A stretch of DNA of 64,000 bases, taken from assembly GCA_028715415.1 (NCBI GenBank), contig JAQURX010000008.1, positions 2,495 to 66,494 on the forward strand. The letters run 5' to 3'. Under the pieces are notes generated by a model, which worked only from the letters and a program-made list of their open reading frames with translations, was not told where the DNA came from and did not search any database. Origin of the DNA: Candidatus Omnitrophota bacterium (GTDB lineage Bacteria > Omnitrophota > Gorgyraeia > Gygaellales > Profunditerraquicolaceae). This document shows positions 8,791-18,817 of this stretch, piece by piece. The position numbers and the translations under genes were made by a program. How positions within the stretch are numbered: the first letter of the stretch is position 1; each line of letters begins with the position of its first letter.

Positions 8791-10029
8791 TTAACCTAAT
8801 GCAGCGCTCTCTCCCGCAAGATATCCCGTTGAAAACGCCGCTTGCAGATTAAAGCCTCCGGTATCAGCATCCACATCAATCATCTCTCCAGCAAAATATA
8901 AATCTTTGATTAAGCGCGATTCCATTGTTCGCGGATTGATATTCTTTAAACTAACGCCCCCTTTCGTAACCATTGCATGCTCAATCGGAAGCGTTTGTTT
9001 AATTTCAAGGCGAAAATTCTTAAGAAACCTTACAATTGTTAACCTTTCTTTTTGGGTAATCTGATTTGATTTTTTGTTTGCGTCAATTTTCAATAACTCC
9101 ATAAACACATCTATCAATCTTAAAGGCAACAATTCTTTAAGCATATTCTTGATACTTTTTGACGGGCTAAGTTTGATCTCTCTTAAAATACGCAAATCAA
9201 GCTGCATTTCAGTTAAAGCCGGCTTTAAATCAATATCCAAAAATACTGAACCTCCGTCGGCAATCCAATCTGAGATCTTCCCACTAAGAGATATCACTAA
9301 AGGCCCCGATACTCCGAAATGAGTAAATAACAACTCCCCGATTTCAGAAGTCAAACGTTTACTTCCAGAGTTAAATTTTAATACAATATTTTTTAAAGTT
9401 AAACCTTCCAACCTCGCGGGAATGCCTCCCTTTACTTCCAGAGGCACAAGTGCCGGCTTTAAAGGGATAATATCATGCCCAAGCTTCTTGGCAATCTTAA
9501 CTCCATCCCCAGTTGAGCCGGTAGAAGTATAAGAAGCGCCTCCCATAGCTAAAATCACGCTATCGGCTTCAATAATCTTCCCGTCCTTGAGCAAAACTCC
9601 GCAAGCCCTATCCCCTTTTGTCAAAACTTCTTTTATCTCCGAATTACAGATAATTATAACTTTGTTTTTCTGCGCTTCTTTTATCAAAACATCAAGTATA
9701 CTACTTGATTTATCGCTTACAGGAAACACCCTAAGCTGCCTCTCAACTTTAAGCTTTAAGCCTCTTTCTTCAAAAAAAGCAATTAAGTCCTGATTAAAGA
9801 ATTTACGGAAGGCATCTCTTAAAAACTCTCCATGTGAAAAAGCTTTTAAGAATGAATTTAAATCGCAGGCATTAGTAACATTGCAGCGCCCTTTGCCGCT
9901 TAAGAGAAGTTTCTGCCCAAGGAATGATTTTTTTTCAATTAACAATGTTTCTACCCCAAGCTGAGAGGCTCTTATTGCCGCCATCAAACCAGCCGGGCCG
10001 CCGCCAACAATCAAAATTCTATTTTTCAC
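8791..10029 (-). CDS. NAD(P)/FAD-dependent oxidoreductase, HI0933/BaiN-like flavoprotein family
   Basis: 412 aa. N-terminal dinucleotide fold ILIVGGGPAGLMAAIRA. Family-typical ...GKGRCNVTN and C-terminal GGFNLQAAFSTG motifs. Confidence 0.75.
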   Translation of the reverse strand: MKNRILIVGGGPAGLMAAIRASQLGVETLLIEKKSFLGQKLLLSGKGRCNVTNACDLNSFLKAFSHGEFLRDAFRKFFNQDLIAFFEERGLKLKVERQLRVFPVSDKSSSILDVLIKEAQKNKVIIICNSEIKEVLTKGDRACGVLLKDGKIIEADSVILAMGGASYTSTGSTGDGVKIAKKLGHDIIPLKPALVPLEVKGGIPARLEGLTLKNIVLKFNSGSKRLTSEIGELLFTHFGVSGPLVISLSGKISDWIADGGSVFLDIDLKPALTEMQLDLRILREIKLSPSKSIKNMLKELLPLRLIDVFMELLKIDANKKSNQITQKERLTIVRFLKNFRLEIKQTLPIEHAMVTKGGVSLKNINPRTMESRLIKDLYFAGEMIDVDADTGGFNLQAAFSTGYLAGESAALG

Positions 10030-10586
10030 TAAACTCCGAATTCCTCTATTTTAAATATAGACTCCAATTTCAAGCCTACTTTACTTAAGTTTTCAGCTGC
10101 CCCCTCATTTCTATCAACAATCACAACAGCAGTATCTACCTTTAATCCTGCTTTATCCACAGCTGTTTTTGCTTCAATCAAAGCCTTTCCGGTTGTTGCC
10201 ACATCATCAACTAAAATCACTTTATCTCCCGCATTCAAAGCAGGCCCTTCAATCTGACGTTGCATACCATGCCCCTTAGCTTCTTTTCTCACTATAAATG
10301 TTTTAATACCGGTTTGATTGATATGCGCAAGGCAGGCAACTGCTCCGGTGATTGGATCTGCGCCTAAAGTCGGACCGCCAACCGCCTTTATATCCTTATC
10401 CTTAATTAATTCTAAAATTATACTAGCCACCAGAAAAGCCCCTTCAGGCGTCAAAGTTATAACCCTACCGTCAAGATAATAGGTGCTTGCTTTGCCCGAA
10501 GATAAAATAAAATTCCCCCTCTTCAAAGCTTCTACCTGCAGGAGCTCAAACAATCTCTTCTTTAATATTTTTATTTTTTCACTCAT
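10029..10586 (-). CDS. pyrE: orotate phosphoribosyltransferase PyrE
   Basis: 185 aa. PRPP-binding motif VILVDDVATTGKAL. N-terminal region conserved with PyrE. Confidence 0.85.
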   Translation of the reverse strand: MSEKIKILKKRLFELLQVEALKRGNFILSSGKASTYYLDGRVITLTPEGAFLVASIILELIKDKDIKAVGGPTLGADPITGAVACLAHINQTGIKTFIVRKEAKGHGMQRQIEGPALNAGDKVILVDDVATTGKALIEAKTAVDKAGLKVDTAVVIVDRNEGAAENLSKVGLKLESIFKIEEFGV

Positions 10587-10960
10587 TATTTTTTATGAGA
10601 GGTAAGCTTTTTAATTTGATCAAACAATTCTCCGGAATCAAATGGTTTTGTAAAATACGCATTTGCCCCAATAACTTTTCCTATGACTTTATCAACATCT
10701 GCATTTTTTGCCGTAAGCATTAATATTGGAGTAGAGCAGACAGAATCATCTTTACGTATCTCTTTGCAAACCTCCTCCCCGCTAAGCTCAGGAAGGATAA
10801 GGTCCAAAATAACAATGTCAGGCTTTTCTGCTTTTACTTTTTCAAGGCCGGAAAGGCCGTCATTAGCACTTATGACATCAAACCCCTTTTCTTTAAGGTC
10901 TAAAGCCAACAGTGAACAGAGATCCACTTCATCTTCTATTATCATTACTTTGGTCTTCAT
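10586..10960 (-). CDS. single-domain response regulator (CheY-like receiver only)
   Basis: 124 aa. Acidic pocket IIEDE, phospho-acceptor D in VILDLILP, T in MLTAK and K in YFTKPF. No output domain. Its stop overlaps the pyrE start. Confidence 0.8.
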   Translation of the reverse strand: MKTKVMIIEDEVDLCSLLALDLKEKGFDVISANDGLSGLEKVKAEKPDIVILDLILPELSGEEVCKEIRKDDSVCSTPILMLTAKNADVDKVIGKVIGANAYFTKPFDSGELFDQIKKLTSHKK

Positions 10961-11053
10961 ATTATCCTCTTAATAAAAATATACCACTAAATACCTAATC
11001 TTTCAACTATTTATGACAAACTAATTTATATCTAACTAAAAAGGGAAATTGAT

Positions 11054-11083
11054 TTTGACAAATTTTAATTTCATTGTTATTAT
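11054..11083 (+). promoter_or_regulatory. putative sigma70 promoter for comF/lptFG operon (TTGACA-17-TATTAT)
   Basis: TTGACA at 11054, a 17-nt spacer, then TATTAT. The ATG at 11090 is very close, so a leaderless or very short leader is implied, which lowers confidence. Confidence 0.35.
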
Positions 11084-11089
11084 ATACCT

Positions 11090-11815
11090 ATGTTTGTGCG
11101 CCTTTTTAATGGGCTGATAGATACATTCTATCCAAAAAGGTGTTTGAGCTGTAAAAGCAAGATCCATAAGCTTGCGGTTGACAATTTTATTTGCGCTGAG
11201 TGTTGGGCTAAAATCAAGAAAAACCGGCCTCCCTTTTGCCATAGCTGCGGCAGGCAGCTTGAAAAGAAAGGCTTTGCTAAAAATATCTGCTCCGGATGCA
11301 TAAGAAAAATGCTGCATTTTGACCGGGCCTTTAGCCCCTGCACTTACACAGGTATTATTAAAGAATTAATCCATGATTTCAAATATAATCAGAAAGATTA
11401 CCTTGGCCTGCCCTTAAGCAAATTAATGATTGAATTTATTAAAGAATACTCTTTACCTATGGACAAAATAGACTTTATTATCCCCATGCCTTTACATAAA
11501 ACAAGGCTGAGAGAAAGAGAATTTAACCAAGCCGAAATCTTGAGCCGGCACATAGGTAATGAATTTAAGGTAGATGTTCTTGCAACTTGCCTGGAACGCA
11601 GTCGTTACACAAAGACTCAAACCGAATTGTCTCCTCATGAAAGATTCTTGAATGTGGAGAATTGTTTTTCTGTTAACGGAAACCGCAACTTAAAGAGAAA
11701 AAACATACTGTTAGTTGACGATGTATTGACAACCGCGGCCACATCTTCAGAAGCCTCAAGGGCATTAAAAAATGCTGGCTCAGGAATTGTTTTTGTATTA
11801 ACATTAGCTAATTAA
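11090..11815 (+). CDS. comF: ComF family protein (ComFC-like phosphoribosyltransferase with N-terminal zinc-ribbon)
   Basis: 241 aa. N-terminal C-x2-C...C-x2-C...C-x2-C zinc-finger motifs. C-terminal PRTase motif ILLVDDVLTTAAT. Confidence 0.75.
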   Translation: MFVRLFNGLIDTFYPKRCLSCKSKIHKLAVDNFICAECWAKIKKNRPPFCHSCGRQLEKKGFAKNICSGCIRKMLHFDRAFSPCTYTGIIKELIHDFKYNQKDYLGLPLSKLMIEFIKEYSLPMDKIDFIIPMPLHKTRLREREFNQAEILSRHIGNEFKVDVLATCLERSRYTKTQTELSPHERFLNVENCFSVNGNRNLKRKNILLVDDVLTTAATSSEASRALKNAGSGIVFVLTLAN

Positions 11816-11816
11816 A

Positions 11817-12920
11817 ATGAAAATACTGCGAAGCTACTTCTTAAAAGAATTTATCGGGCCTCTATTTCTTGCGCTTGGGGTTCTTACCTTTGTCATGCTC
11901 CTCGGAAATCTTATTAAAATTGCCGATATGGTAATTAACAGAGGAATTGACATTGGAAGCGTCTCTAAGCTTTTTCTTTTCATGATGCCTGCTCTAATCA
12001 AATATACTCTACCAATAGCTTCTCTTGCCGCTATCTTACTTTCACTTGGAAGGCTCTCCAGTGATAATGAAATAATCGCAATCAGGGCAAGCGGGATTAA
12101 CCTCTTTAGCCTGATTCTTCCTCTTCTCATAGTAGGCTTTATTTTAAGCCTTGTTTTGGTTATCTTTAATGACAGGGTTATCCCTTACGCCCATTTTGCT
12201 TCAAGGAAGACGTTAATGGAGGTCGGGATAAAAAACCCGACTGCAGCCCTTGAAGAAGGAGTCTTTATAAATTCTTTCCAAAAATACATATTGTTTATTT
12301 ATAGAGTTGACCAGAAAAAAAACAAACTAAGTAATATACGTATTTATGAACCTCAAGGTGAAGATAAACCAACCCGCACAATTATCGCAAAAAGCGGCGA
12401 GTTTATTAGCATCCCGGAAAAAAGCAGCGTAAAGTTAAAACTCATGGACGGAACCAGTGATGAACCAGACCCGGAGAATCCTGCTAACTTTTATAAGCTG
12501 AATTTTAAAACTTATTTCATGAATTTAAACCTAGCGCAGACTAGAGATAAAAATAAAATTGAGAAAAAGCCAAAGGATATGACAATAGTTGAATTAGAAA
12601 ATGAAATTGCAAAATTAAAAAAAGAAGGAATTGAGCCAACCCCTCTTCTTACAGAATTAAATGAAAAAGTTTCGCTTGCTTTCTCCTGCCTTGGTTTTAT
12701 GCTACTTGGGATACCGATGGCAATAATCACCAGAAGAAGAGAAAAATCAATAAATTTCGGAATTGCATTCCTTATTGTGGGAGTTTATTATCTTTTACTT
12801 ATGGGCGCAGAAGCCATAAGCTTGCAAGGAATAATGCCTCCGCAAATTGCCCTATGGATCCCTAATTTACTTATGGGGGTAATTGGCACTTTTCTCCTGA
12901 TCAAACTATGCGCATCTTAG
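11817..12920 (+). CDS. LPS export ABC permease, LptF/LptG (YjgP/YjgQ) family
   Basis: 367 aa. N-terminal ILRSYFLKEF..G..F..L..L is typical of YjgP/YjgQ. Six-TM topology with a large periplasmic loop. Confidence 0.75.
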   Translation: MKILRSYFLKEFIGPLFLALGVLTFVMLLGNLIKIADMVINRGIDIGSVSKLFLFMMPALIKYTLPIASLAAILLSLGRLSSDNEIIAIRASGINLFSLILPLLIVGFILSLVLVIFNDRVIPYAHFASRKTLMEVGIKNPTAALEEGVFINSFQKYILFIYRVDQKKNKLSNIRIYEPQGEDKPTRTIIAKSGEFISIPEKSSVKLKLMDGTSDEPDPENPANFYKLNFKTYFMNLNLAQTRDKNKIEKKPKDMTIVELENEIAKLKKEGIEPTPLLTELNEKVSLAFSCLGFMLLGIPMAIITRRREKSINFGIAFLIVGVYYLLLMGAEAISLQGIMPPQIALWIPNLLMGVIGTFLLIKLCAS

Positions 12921-14008
12921 ACCGCTATATTTTAAAATCTTGCCTCGGCATTTTCTTCGGCTGCCTTTTCATTTTCTTATTTCTTTATGTAATCATTGAT
13001 ATCTTCGCTAATCTTGACCAGATTTTAAAACAGAAGGTTGCAATCGAAATGCTTTTGCAATACTATCTGTCGTATCTGCCGATAATTTTCGTCCAAGTCT
13101 CTCCTATAGCTTGCCTTTTGAGCACACTTTATACTTTCGCGAAACTCAACCGAGGGAATGAAATTATCGCAATGCGTTCAGCGGGATTAAGCATTTTCCA
13201 GATAACAAAAACAGTGCTCTTATTTGGTGCACTAATCAGCCTCTTTGTTTTTCTTGCAAATGACAAGATTGTCCCCCCTGCCATGGCAACTAACCAAAGA
13301 ATCAAAGATCAGATGGACAACAACACAAAGAAACAAAATGAAAAAAAGAACGAAATTATCACCAACCTTTCTATGTATGGGCTAAAAAACCGCTTATTTT
13401 TTGTAAATAAATTTACCGTGGCGACTAATACCATGGAAGGCATTACCATCTTAGAGCATGACGAACATCAGAATATTACAAAAAAGGTTGTCGCAAACAA
13501 AGGAATATACAAAGATAACCACTGGCTATTTTATCAAAGCATTACCTACAACTTTGACATAAGCGGGCAGGTATTACAAGAGCCGGAATATTATGATGAA
13601 GAAATAATGACTATCCCTGAATCTCCTGCTGACTTCATCAATCAAAGGCAGCGCGTAGACTTTATGACAATTGCACAGATTGAAAATTACATATGGAGAT
13701 TATCCAAAAGCGGGGCAACTACGGTTATCAGAAACCTTAAAATAGACCTTTATCAAAGATACACTTCGCCATTTACCAGCCTGATTATCATGCTTCTGGG
13801 TATTCCTTTTGCTCTAATGATGAAAAAACGCGCAACCGGAGTTTCTTCTCTTGGTTTTTCAATTATGGTAGGATTTCTTTATTACGTTATTAATGCGGTA
13901 AGCATTGCCTTTGGCAAAGGCGGGATATTAATGCCGATACTATCTGCTTCTCTAAGCCATATTATCGCGATAATATTTAGCCTCTATTTAATCTTTAAAC
14001 TTCCTTAA
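12908..14008 (+). CDS. LPS export ABC permease, second LptF/LptG family member
   Basis: 366 aa. ILDRYILKS... is a paralogous YjgP/YjgQ fold. Adjacent to and overlapping the first permease, the typical lptF-lptG pair. Confidence 0.75.
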   Translation: MRILDRYILKSCLGIFFGCLFIFLFLYVIIDIFANLDQILKQKVAIEMLLQYYLSYLPIIFVQVSPIACLLSTLYTFAKLNRGNEIIAMRSAGLSIFQITKTVLLFGALISLFVFLANDKIVPPAMATNQRIKDQMDNNTKKQNEKKNEIITNLSMYGLKNRLFFVNKFTVATNTMEGITILEHDEHQNITKKVVANKGIYKDNHWLFYQSITYNFDISGQVLQEPEYYDEEIMTIPESPADFINQRQRVDFMTIAQIENYIWRLSKSGATTVIRNLKIDLYQRYTSPFTSLIIMLLGIPFALMMKKRATGVSSLGFSIMVGFLYYVINAVSIAFGKGGILMPILSASLSHIIAIIFSLYLIFKLP

Positions 14009-15152
14009 ACGAATATACTCTCGGTATCCTTGCTCCAAACCCACAAACAATTTCATAAGGAATAGTCCCGGAAATGCGCGCAAGCTCTTCTGTTAGAATC
14101 TTATTCTTTCCTTGCGAACCGATAAGTACAACTTCATCCCCTACATTAACCTTTAAATCCCCGACATCAACCATTATCTGATCCATACAAATCTTTCCGC
14201 TAATTTTAAAACGCTTACCCTTAATCAAAACCGGAGCCTGGTTTGATAAATTCCGGGGATATCCATCTCCGTAGCCGATAGGAATGGTTACGATTTGAGT
14301 AGGTTTTTTTGTAATATAATCATGGCCATAGCTAATGCCATATCCTTTTGGGACTTTTTTTACATAGATTACCCTTGTCTTAAGGCTTAATACCGGCTTA
14401 AGATTAACCTCTAAGCCTTCTTTAGGAGACAACCCATAGATTACAAGCCCGGGCCTGACCATATTAAGGTGGCTATGGTTATAATCAATAAGGCCCATAC
14501 TATTTGCAGCATGGAATAAATTAATCTTAATACCCAATTTATTTAGCTTCTGGATCAATTTCTCAAACAATTTGATTTGGTATAAAGTAAAATCTTTATT
14601 TAAATCAGCAAAAGGAAAATGCGTAAAAACTCCTTCAATATTCACAAACCTTAACTTTGATATTTTTTTAATAAGCGCATCTGCTTCTTGATGTAAAACT
14701 CCAATCCTGCCCATTCCGGTATCAACTTTTACATGTAAATTAAGATGTTCTGAGCGCGACTTGGCGAAATTATTTAATGAAACTGCAAGTTCCTCATCAC
14801 AGACTGAAGGAGTAAGTTTATATTCAAAAACAGGATCTATATCTTCCTTCAAAATCAAGCCTAAAATTAAAATGGGCAGATTTATCCCAGACTCCCTTAG
14901 TTTTATCCCCTCGTCAATTGAGGCAACACCCAAGAAATCTACTCCCGCAGATACAAGCTTTTGAGATACAGGAATTAATCCATGCCCATAAGCATCGGCT
15001 TTCACGGTCACCATAATCTTCGTATTAGGAGCAACCCTGCCCTTAATCTCTTTAAAATTATGCAGGATGTTGCCTAAATTAACCTCTGCCCATGTCGGTC
15101 GATAACCGATAAAATTAATTTTGTCCATAGTTACTTTCGCCTTACCTGGCAT
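13995..15152 (-). CDS. alr: alanine racemase
   Basis: 385 aa. PLP-lysine motif VKADAYGHG. The C-terminal beta domain is conserved. Confidence 0.85.
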   Translation of the reverse strand: MPGKAKVTMDKINFIGYRPTWAEVNLGNILHNFKEIKGRVAPNTKIMVTVKADAYGHGLIPVSQKLVSAGVDFLGVASIDEGIKLRESGINLPILILGLILKEDIDPVFEYKLTPSVCDEELAVSLNNFAKSRSEHLNLHVKVDTGMGRIGVLHQEADALIKKISKLRFVNIEGVFTHFPFADLNKDFTLYQIKLFEKLIQKLNKLGIKINLFHAANSMGLIDYNHSHLNMVRPGLVIYGLSPKEGLEVNLKPVLSLKTRVIYVKKVPKGYGISYGHDYITKKPTQIVTIPIGYGDGYPRNLSNQAPVLIKGKRFKISGKICMDQIMVDVGDLKVNVGDEVVLIGSQGKNKILTEELARISGTIPYEIVCGFGARIPRVYSFKEV

Positions 15153-15805
15153 TCTTTCGGGTAAAGATAAATTGGTGAAAGCTCAAAACAATTATCGAGC
15201 TTCTTATTCTTAATCCTCTCCAAGGCAAGTTCAATTATATTACGCGGCTTAGGATACCAGTACTCTTTATCTAAAATAACAACTCCTTTTACTTGAGCAA
15301 TCAGCTTGTCTTTATATAAATTAACTGCATCCCCCAGAACTATACTCCTTGGCTTAATCAATTTAAATAGTTCATCTTCGTTTAGAAGTAAGTATGGTTT
15401 TGTTTTAACCAGACCTGCCTTATTCTTTCTAAAAACACTAGTATAGATAAGGCTTCTTTTGGCATCAATAATCGGGACAATGCTTAAGCTCTCCTTCAAA
15501 CAATTTTTCGCTAAGATATCCAAAGAAGGCACGCCAACCATCGGCTTTTTTACTGACCAACTTAAACCCTTTAATGCCGCAAGGCCGACACGCATTCCCG
15601 TGAAAGACCCCGGGCCAAGCCCGCAGGCAAAATAATCTATATCTTCAACTTTTAGCCCTAAAGCATCCAAAACTCTTTTTATGCTGACAGTAATTACTGC
15701 AGAAAGCTGACGGCCAACTTCAAAAGTATATTCATAAACTTTTAAATTATCATACACTCCGATGCACAAATAACTTGTGCTAGTATCAACTGCTAATATT
15801 TTCAT
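15131..15805 (-). CDS. tsaB: tRNA threonylcarbamoyladenosine biosynthesis protein TsaB (YeaZ)
   Basis: 224 aa. MKILAVDTST......IGVY is an inactive Kae1/TsaD paralog. Adjacent to tsaE. Confidence 0.8.
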   Translation of the reverse strand: MKILAVDTSTSYLCIGVYDNLKVYEYTFEVGRQLSAVITVSIKRVLDALGLKVEDIDYFACGLGPGSFTGMRVGLAALKGLSWSVKKPMVGVPSLDILAKNCLKESLSIVPIIDAKRSLIYTSVFRKNKAGLVKTKPYLLLNEDELFKLIKPRSIVLGDAVNLYKDKLIAQVKGVVILDKEYWYPKPRNIIELALERIKNKKLDNCFELSPIYLYPKECQVRRK

Positions 15806-16256
15806 GGATATCCTTTAATAGCTCCTTGTAACGATTCCCGAATGCGCTGAATTTTATTGTTCTTTTGGTTCCCCCCAAAAGAGACAATTCAATCTTTAAG
15901 AATTCCTTAGGCATTAAAAAATTCAGCCTATCCGCCCATTCTATTATCGCAATTCCCTGCCCGTAAAAATATTCTTCGTAACCTAAACCCAAGATATCCC
16001 CTACCTCACTTAATCTATAAAGGTCAAAATGATACAGTGGCAAAGATTTTCCCATATGCATCCGCATAAGCACAAATGTAGGGCTGATTACTTTTTCCTG
16101 AGAAATCCCTAAGCCTTTAGCAATACCTTTTGTCAAAACAGTCTTACCAGCGCCTAAATCCCCGAACAAACAAATTATATCAGAAGGTTTCAGGATTTTT
16201 GCGATTTTTTTACCGATATTTAATGTATTTACTACGGAATTAGATACAATTTTCAT
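15786..16256 (-). CDS. tsaE: tRNA threonylcarbamoyladenosine biosynthesis ATPase TsaE (YjeE)
   Basis: 156 aa. Walker A GDLGAGKTVLTKGIAKGLG is the TsaE signature. Confidence 0.8.
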   Translation of the reverse strand: MKIVSNSVVNTLNIGKKIAKILKPSDIICLFGDLGAGKTVLTKGIAKGLGISQEKVISPTFVLMRMHMGKSLPLYHFDLYRLSEVGDILGLGYEEYFYGQGIAIIEWADRLNFLMPKEFLKIELSLLGGTKRTIKFSAFGNRYKELLKDIHENISS

Positions 16257-16261
16257 TTTCT

Positions 16262-17158
16262 TTAGAAATGGCTAAACCCCTTTAGATCAATATCTTTTAC
16301 TATATTCTTAAGATTTACTATTTTTAAACCTCCGGATTTATCAACAATTTCTCCGATTGGTTTATAAATCTTTAGCTTCTTACTTAACAACTTCTCTGCT
16401 TCTTTTTTAGATAGAGTAAAAAGTAGTTCAAAATCCTCTCCCATAAAAAGCGCCTCTTCTAAATTTTTCGCATTTCTATCTTTGGGAATCAAACATTCAT
16501 AAATAACTGCCCCGACCTGACTTTGTTCTAAAATGTGCCGCAAATCCTGCGCCAGTCCATCAGAGATATCAATCATTGCATTAACTTTAAAATTCTGGAC
16601 CAAAAACCTGGATTCTTTTAGCCTTGGAGAGAACTTAAGATGCTTTCCGCGGATTGAACCGCCAAGAGCTCCGGTAACAAATATAATGTCGCCTTTTTTT
16701 GCGCCATTTCTTAATACCAAATGCTGTTTGGCAACACTACCCAGCATACTTACATCTAAAATCAACTTAGGAGCTTTGCTGATATCCCCCCCTACGATAT
16801 TTATACGAAACTGCCTTGCCAAATCAAACATCCCCTTAGCAATCCTATCTATCTTTTCTACACTTAAATATTTAGGCAAGCCCATTGATACAACACAATG
16901 GTTAGGAATCCCCCCGCAGGCGGCAACATCACTAATTGAAATTGCCAAAGCCTTCCTGCCAATTAGCTCTAATTTATCCTTAAAAGTAAAATCCTCATTT
17001 TCAACTATCATATCGCAGGTAAAAAGCTGGAAATTATTTTTATCAAGTTTTAATACCGCGCAATCATCTCCGCTTCCTGCCACAACAGAAGAATCTATTT
17101 TGATTTGTTTCTTAAACCGCTCAATCAAACCGAATTCTCCAATATTCTTTAATAACAT
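16262..17158 (-). CDS. thiL: thiamine-monophosphate kinase ThiL
   Basis: 298 aa. AIR synthase-related fold with the GDDCAV motif near the N-terminus. B. subtilis-like thiL-tsaE-tsaB order. Confidence 0.8.
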   Translation of the reverse strand: MLLKNIGEFGLIERFKKQIKIDSSVVAGSGDDCAVLKLDKNNFQLFTCDMIVENEDFTFKDKLELIGRKALAISISDVAACGGIPNHCVVSMGLPKYLSVEKIDRIAKGMFDLARQFRINIVGGDISKAPKLILDVSMLGSVAKQHLVLRNGAKKGDIIFVTGALGGSIRGKHLKFSPRLKESRFLVQNFKVNAMIDISDGLAQDLRHILEQSQVGAVIYECLIPKDRNAKNLEEALFMGEDFELLFTLSKKEAEKLLSKKLKIYKPIGEIVDKSGGLKIVNLKNIVKDIDLKGFSHF

Positions 17159-17160
17159 CG

Positions 17161-18201
17161 TTATCCTAGTATTTTCTTAATATTAACCTTGTTAGGATGC
17201 TTGATAACCCCATGGTCAGTAATAATTGCGCTGATTAATTTAGCTGGAGTCACATCAAAAGCCGGATTATAAACCTTTACTCCTGCGCAGGCAATCGGCT
17301 GCTTAAAAAACAAACTGGTAATCTCCTTAGCATCTCTTTGCTCAATTGGAATTTGCTTTCCGGAATTAATACTTAAGTCAAAAGTTGATTTTGGAGCCGC
17401 GATATAAAAAGGGATATTATGGAACTTGCTTAAAACAGCTAAGCTATATGTTCCGATTTTATTGGCCGAATCCCCATTAGCAGCGATCCTGTCTGCTCCG
17501 GTAATTACTTTGTTAATTTTTCCCTGCCCCATTAATGAAGCTGCCATATTATCACAAATAAGCGTCACATCAATACCGTTTCTCTTTAATTCCCATGTCG
17601 TAAGCCGAGCTCCCTGCAAAAGAGGCCTTGTTTCACAAGCAAACACCTTAAACCTTTTTCCTTCTTTTTTAGCACTATAGATTACTCCAAGCGCAGTGCC
17701 ATAATCAATGGTTGCAAGGATTCCAGCGTTGCAAACAGTCAAAACATTATCCCCATCTTTAATTAATTTCGCGCCAAAAGAACCGATATTCCGGCAAGAA
17801 AGCATATCTTCCTGTATGATATTCTGTGCCTCATTAAAAAGGATATCTTTTATTTCGCTAATTGGCTTATCTTTATTTATCAAGGCGATTTTATACATCC
17901 TATCCAAACCCCAAAAAAGATTCTTTGCTGTTGGTCTTGATGACCCGACATAAATAATTATATCTTTTAATCTCTTTGAAAATTGCTCAAAATCCTGCGA
18001 TTTCAGATCTTTAACACCTAGATAAACCCCTAAACCGGCAGCCCCGCCTAATGCAGGAGCACCACGTACCTTAAGCAACTTTATCGCCTCCCAAAGCTGC
18101 TTTAAATCCCTAATATAACAATACTCTAATTTACCCGGTAGTTTTGTTTGATCAATAATTTTAATGCTATTTTTACTCCACTCAATAGTCTTTAAGCTCA
18201 T
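17161..18201 (-). CDS. mtnA: eIF-2B alpha/beta/delta family protein, S-methyl-5-thioribose-1-phosphate isomerase (MtnA)-like
   Basis: 346 aa. MSLKTIEWS...IIDQTKLP start, with GAPA.G and CETRP..QGARLT motifs of MtnA/R15P isomerase. No other methionine-salvage genes are nearby, so the exact substrate is uncertain. Confidence 0.65.
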   Translation of the reverse strand: MSLKTIEWSKNSIKIIDQTKLPGKLEYCYIRDLKQLWEAIKLLKVRGAPALGGAAGLGVYLGVKDLKSQDFEQFSKRLKDIIIYVGSSRPTAKNLFWGLDRMYKIALINKDKPISEIKDILFNEAQNIIQEDMLSCRNIGSFGAKLIKDGDNVLTVCNAGILATIDYGTALGVIYSAKKEGKRFKVFACETRPLLQGARLTTWELKRNGIDVTLICDNMAASLMGQGKINKVITGADRIAANGDSANKIGTYSLAVLSKFHNIPFYIAAPKSTFDLSINSGKQIPIEQRDAKEITSLFFKQPIACAGVKVYNPAFDVTPAKLISAIITDHGVIKHPNKVNIKKILG

Positions 18202-18206
18202 ATTAT

Positions 18207-18815
18207 TTAACCATCCTTTAATTCTTTTTCAATAAGGCTGATTCTTTCCTTTATCTGCTTTCTAATACTCCGGCATAAACCGGGTTTAAGCAATTCCAAA
18301 ACTTTTCTATAGGCCTTAAGAGAACCATCGTAATCGCCAAGATTATATAATGCATCTGCCAGATTATCATAAGTAACCGCCCTGCCCGACTCAAGAGATA
18401 ATGCTTTCTTAAAACATTCTATTGCCTGGCTGCATTTCCCGATGTTATTTAAAAGCCAACCCTTATTATGATATATAGTAGCATAATCCGGCTCTACCTC
18501 AATACCCTTGTCAAAATATACAAATGCATCATCAATTATCCCAAGCTCCACCATACAAAGAGCTCTATCATTGTATGAGCCGCCGTCTTTGGGGTTGACC
18601 TTGATTGCCGCATCAAAATGCTCGATTGCCGAAGCAAAATTTCCTTTCAAAAGTTGTAACTGCCCTTTAAAATATTCCCTCTCTCCATCAAACTGCTTGC
18701 TCTTGGCTTTCTTAAGGCCCTGCCGTGCAACCTGCAATGCCTTAGCCTTGCTTCCATAAGTGATGGCGTAATCAAGCTTTGCCCTCATTGAAATTAAATC
18801 ACAATTTTTACCCAT
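18207..18815 (-). CDS. TPR repeat protein
   Basis: 202 aa. Repeated W-LG-Y/A-F-P 34-residue TPR patterns (AIEHFDAAIKVNPKD, AFVYFDKGIEVEPDY, AIECFKKALSLESG). Confidence 0.6.
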   Translation of the reverse strand: MGKNCDLISMRAKLDYAITYGSKAKALQVARQGLKKAKSKQFDGEREYFKGQLQLLKGNFASAIEHFDAAIKVNPKDGGSYNDRALCMVELGIIDDAFVYFDKGIEVEPDYATIYHNKGWLLNNIGKCSQAIECFKKALSLESGRAVTYDNLADALYNLGDYDGSLKAYRKVLELLKPGLCRSIRKQIKERISLIEKELKDG

Positions 18816-18817
18816 AA

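Noticed and set aside
11036-11343. Two overlapping minus-strand ORFs (93 and 71 aa) across the comF start
   Set aside because: They overlap the comF 5' end and the divergent promoter region. Their translations have no features. The comF frame shows the conserved Zn-ribbon cysteines here.
16533-17180. 215-aa plus-strand ORF
   Set aside because: It is fully embedded antisense within thiL. Its low-complexity Ser/Leu-rich translation is typical of an antisense frame in an AT-rich genome.
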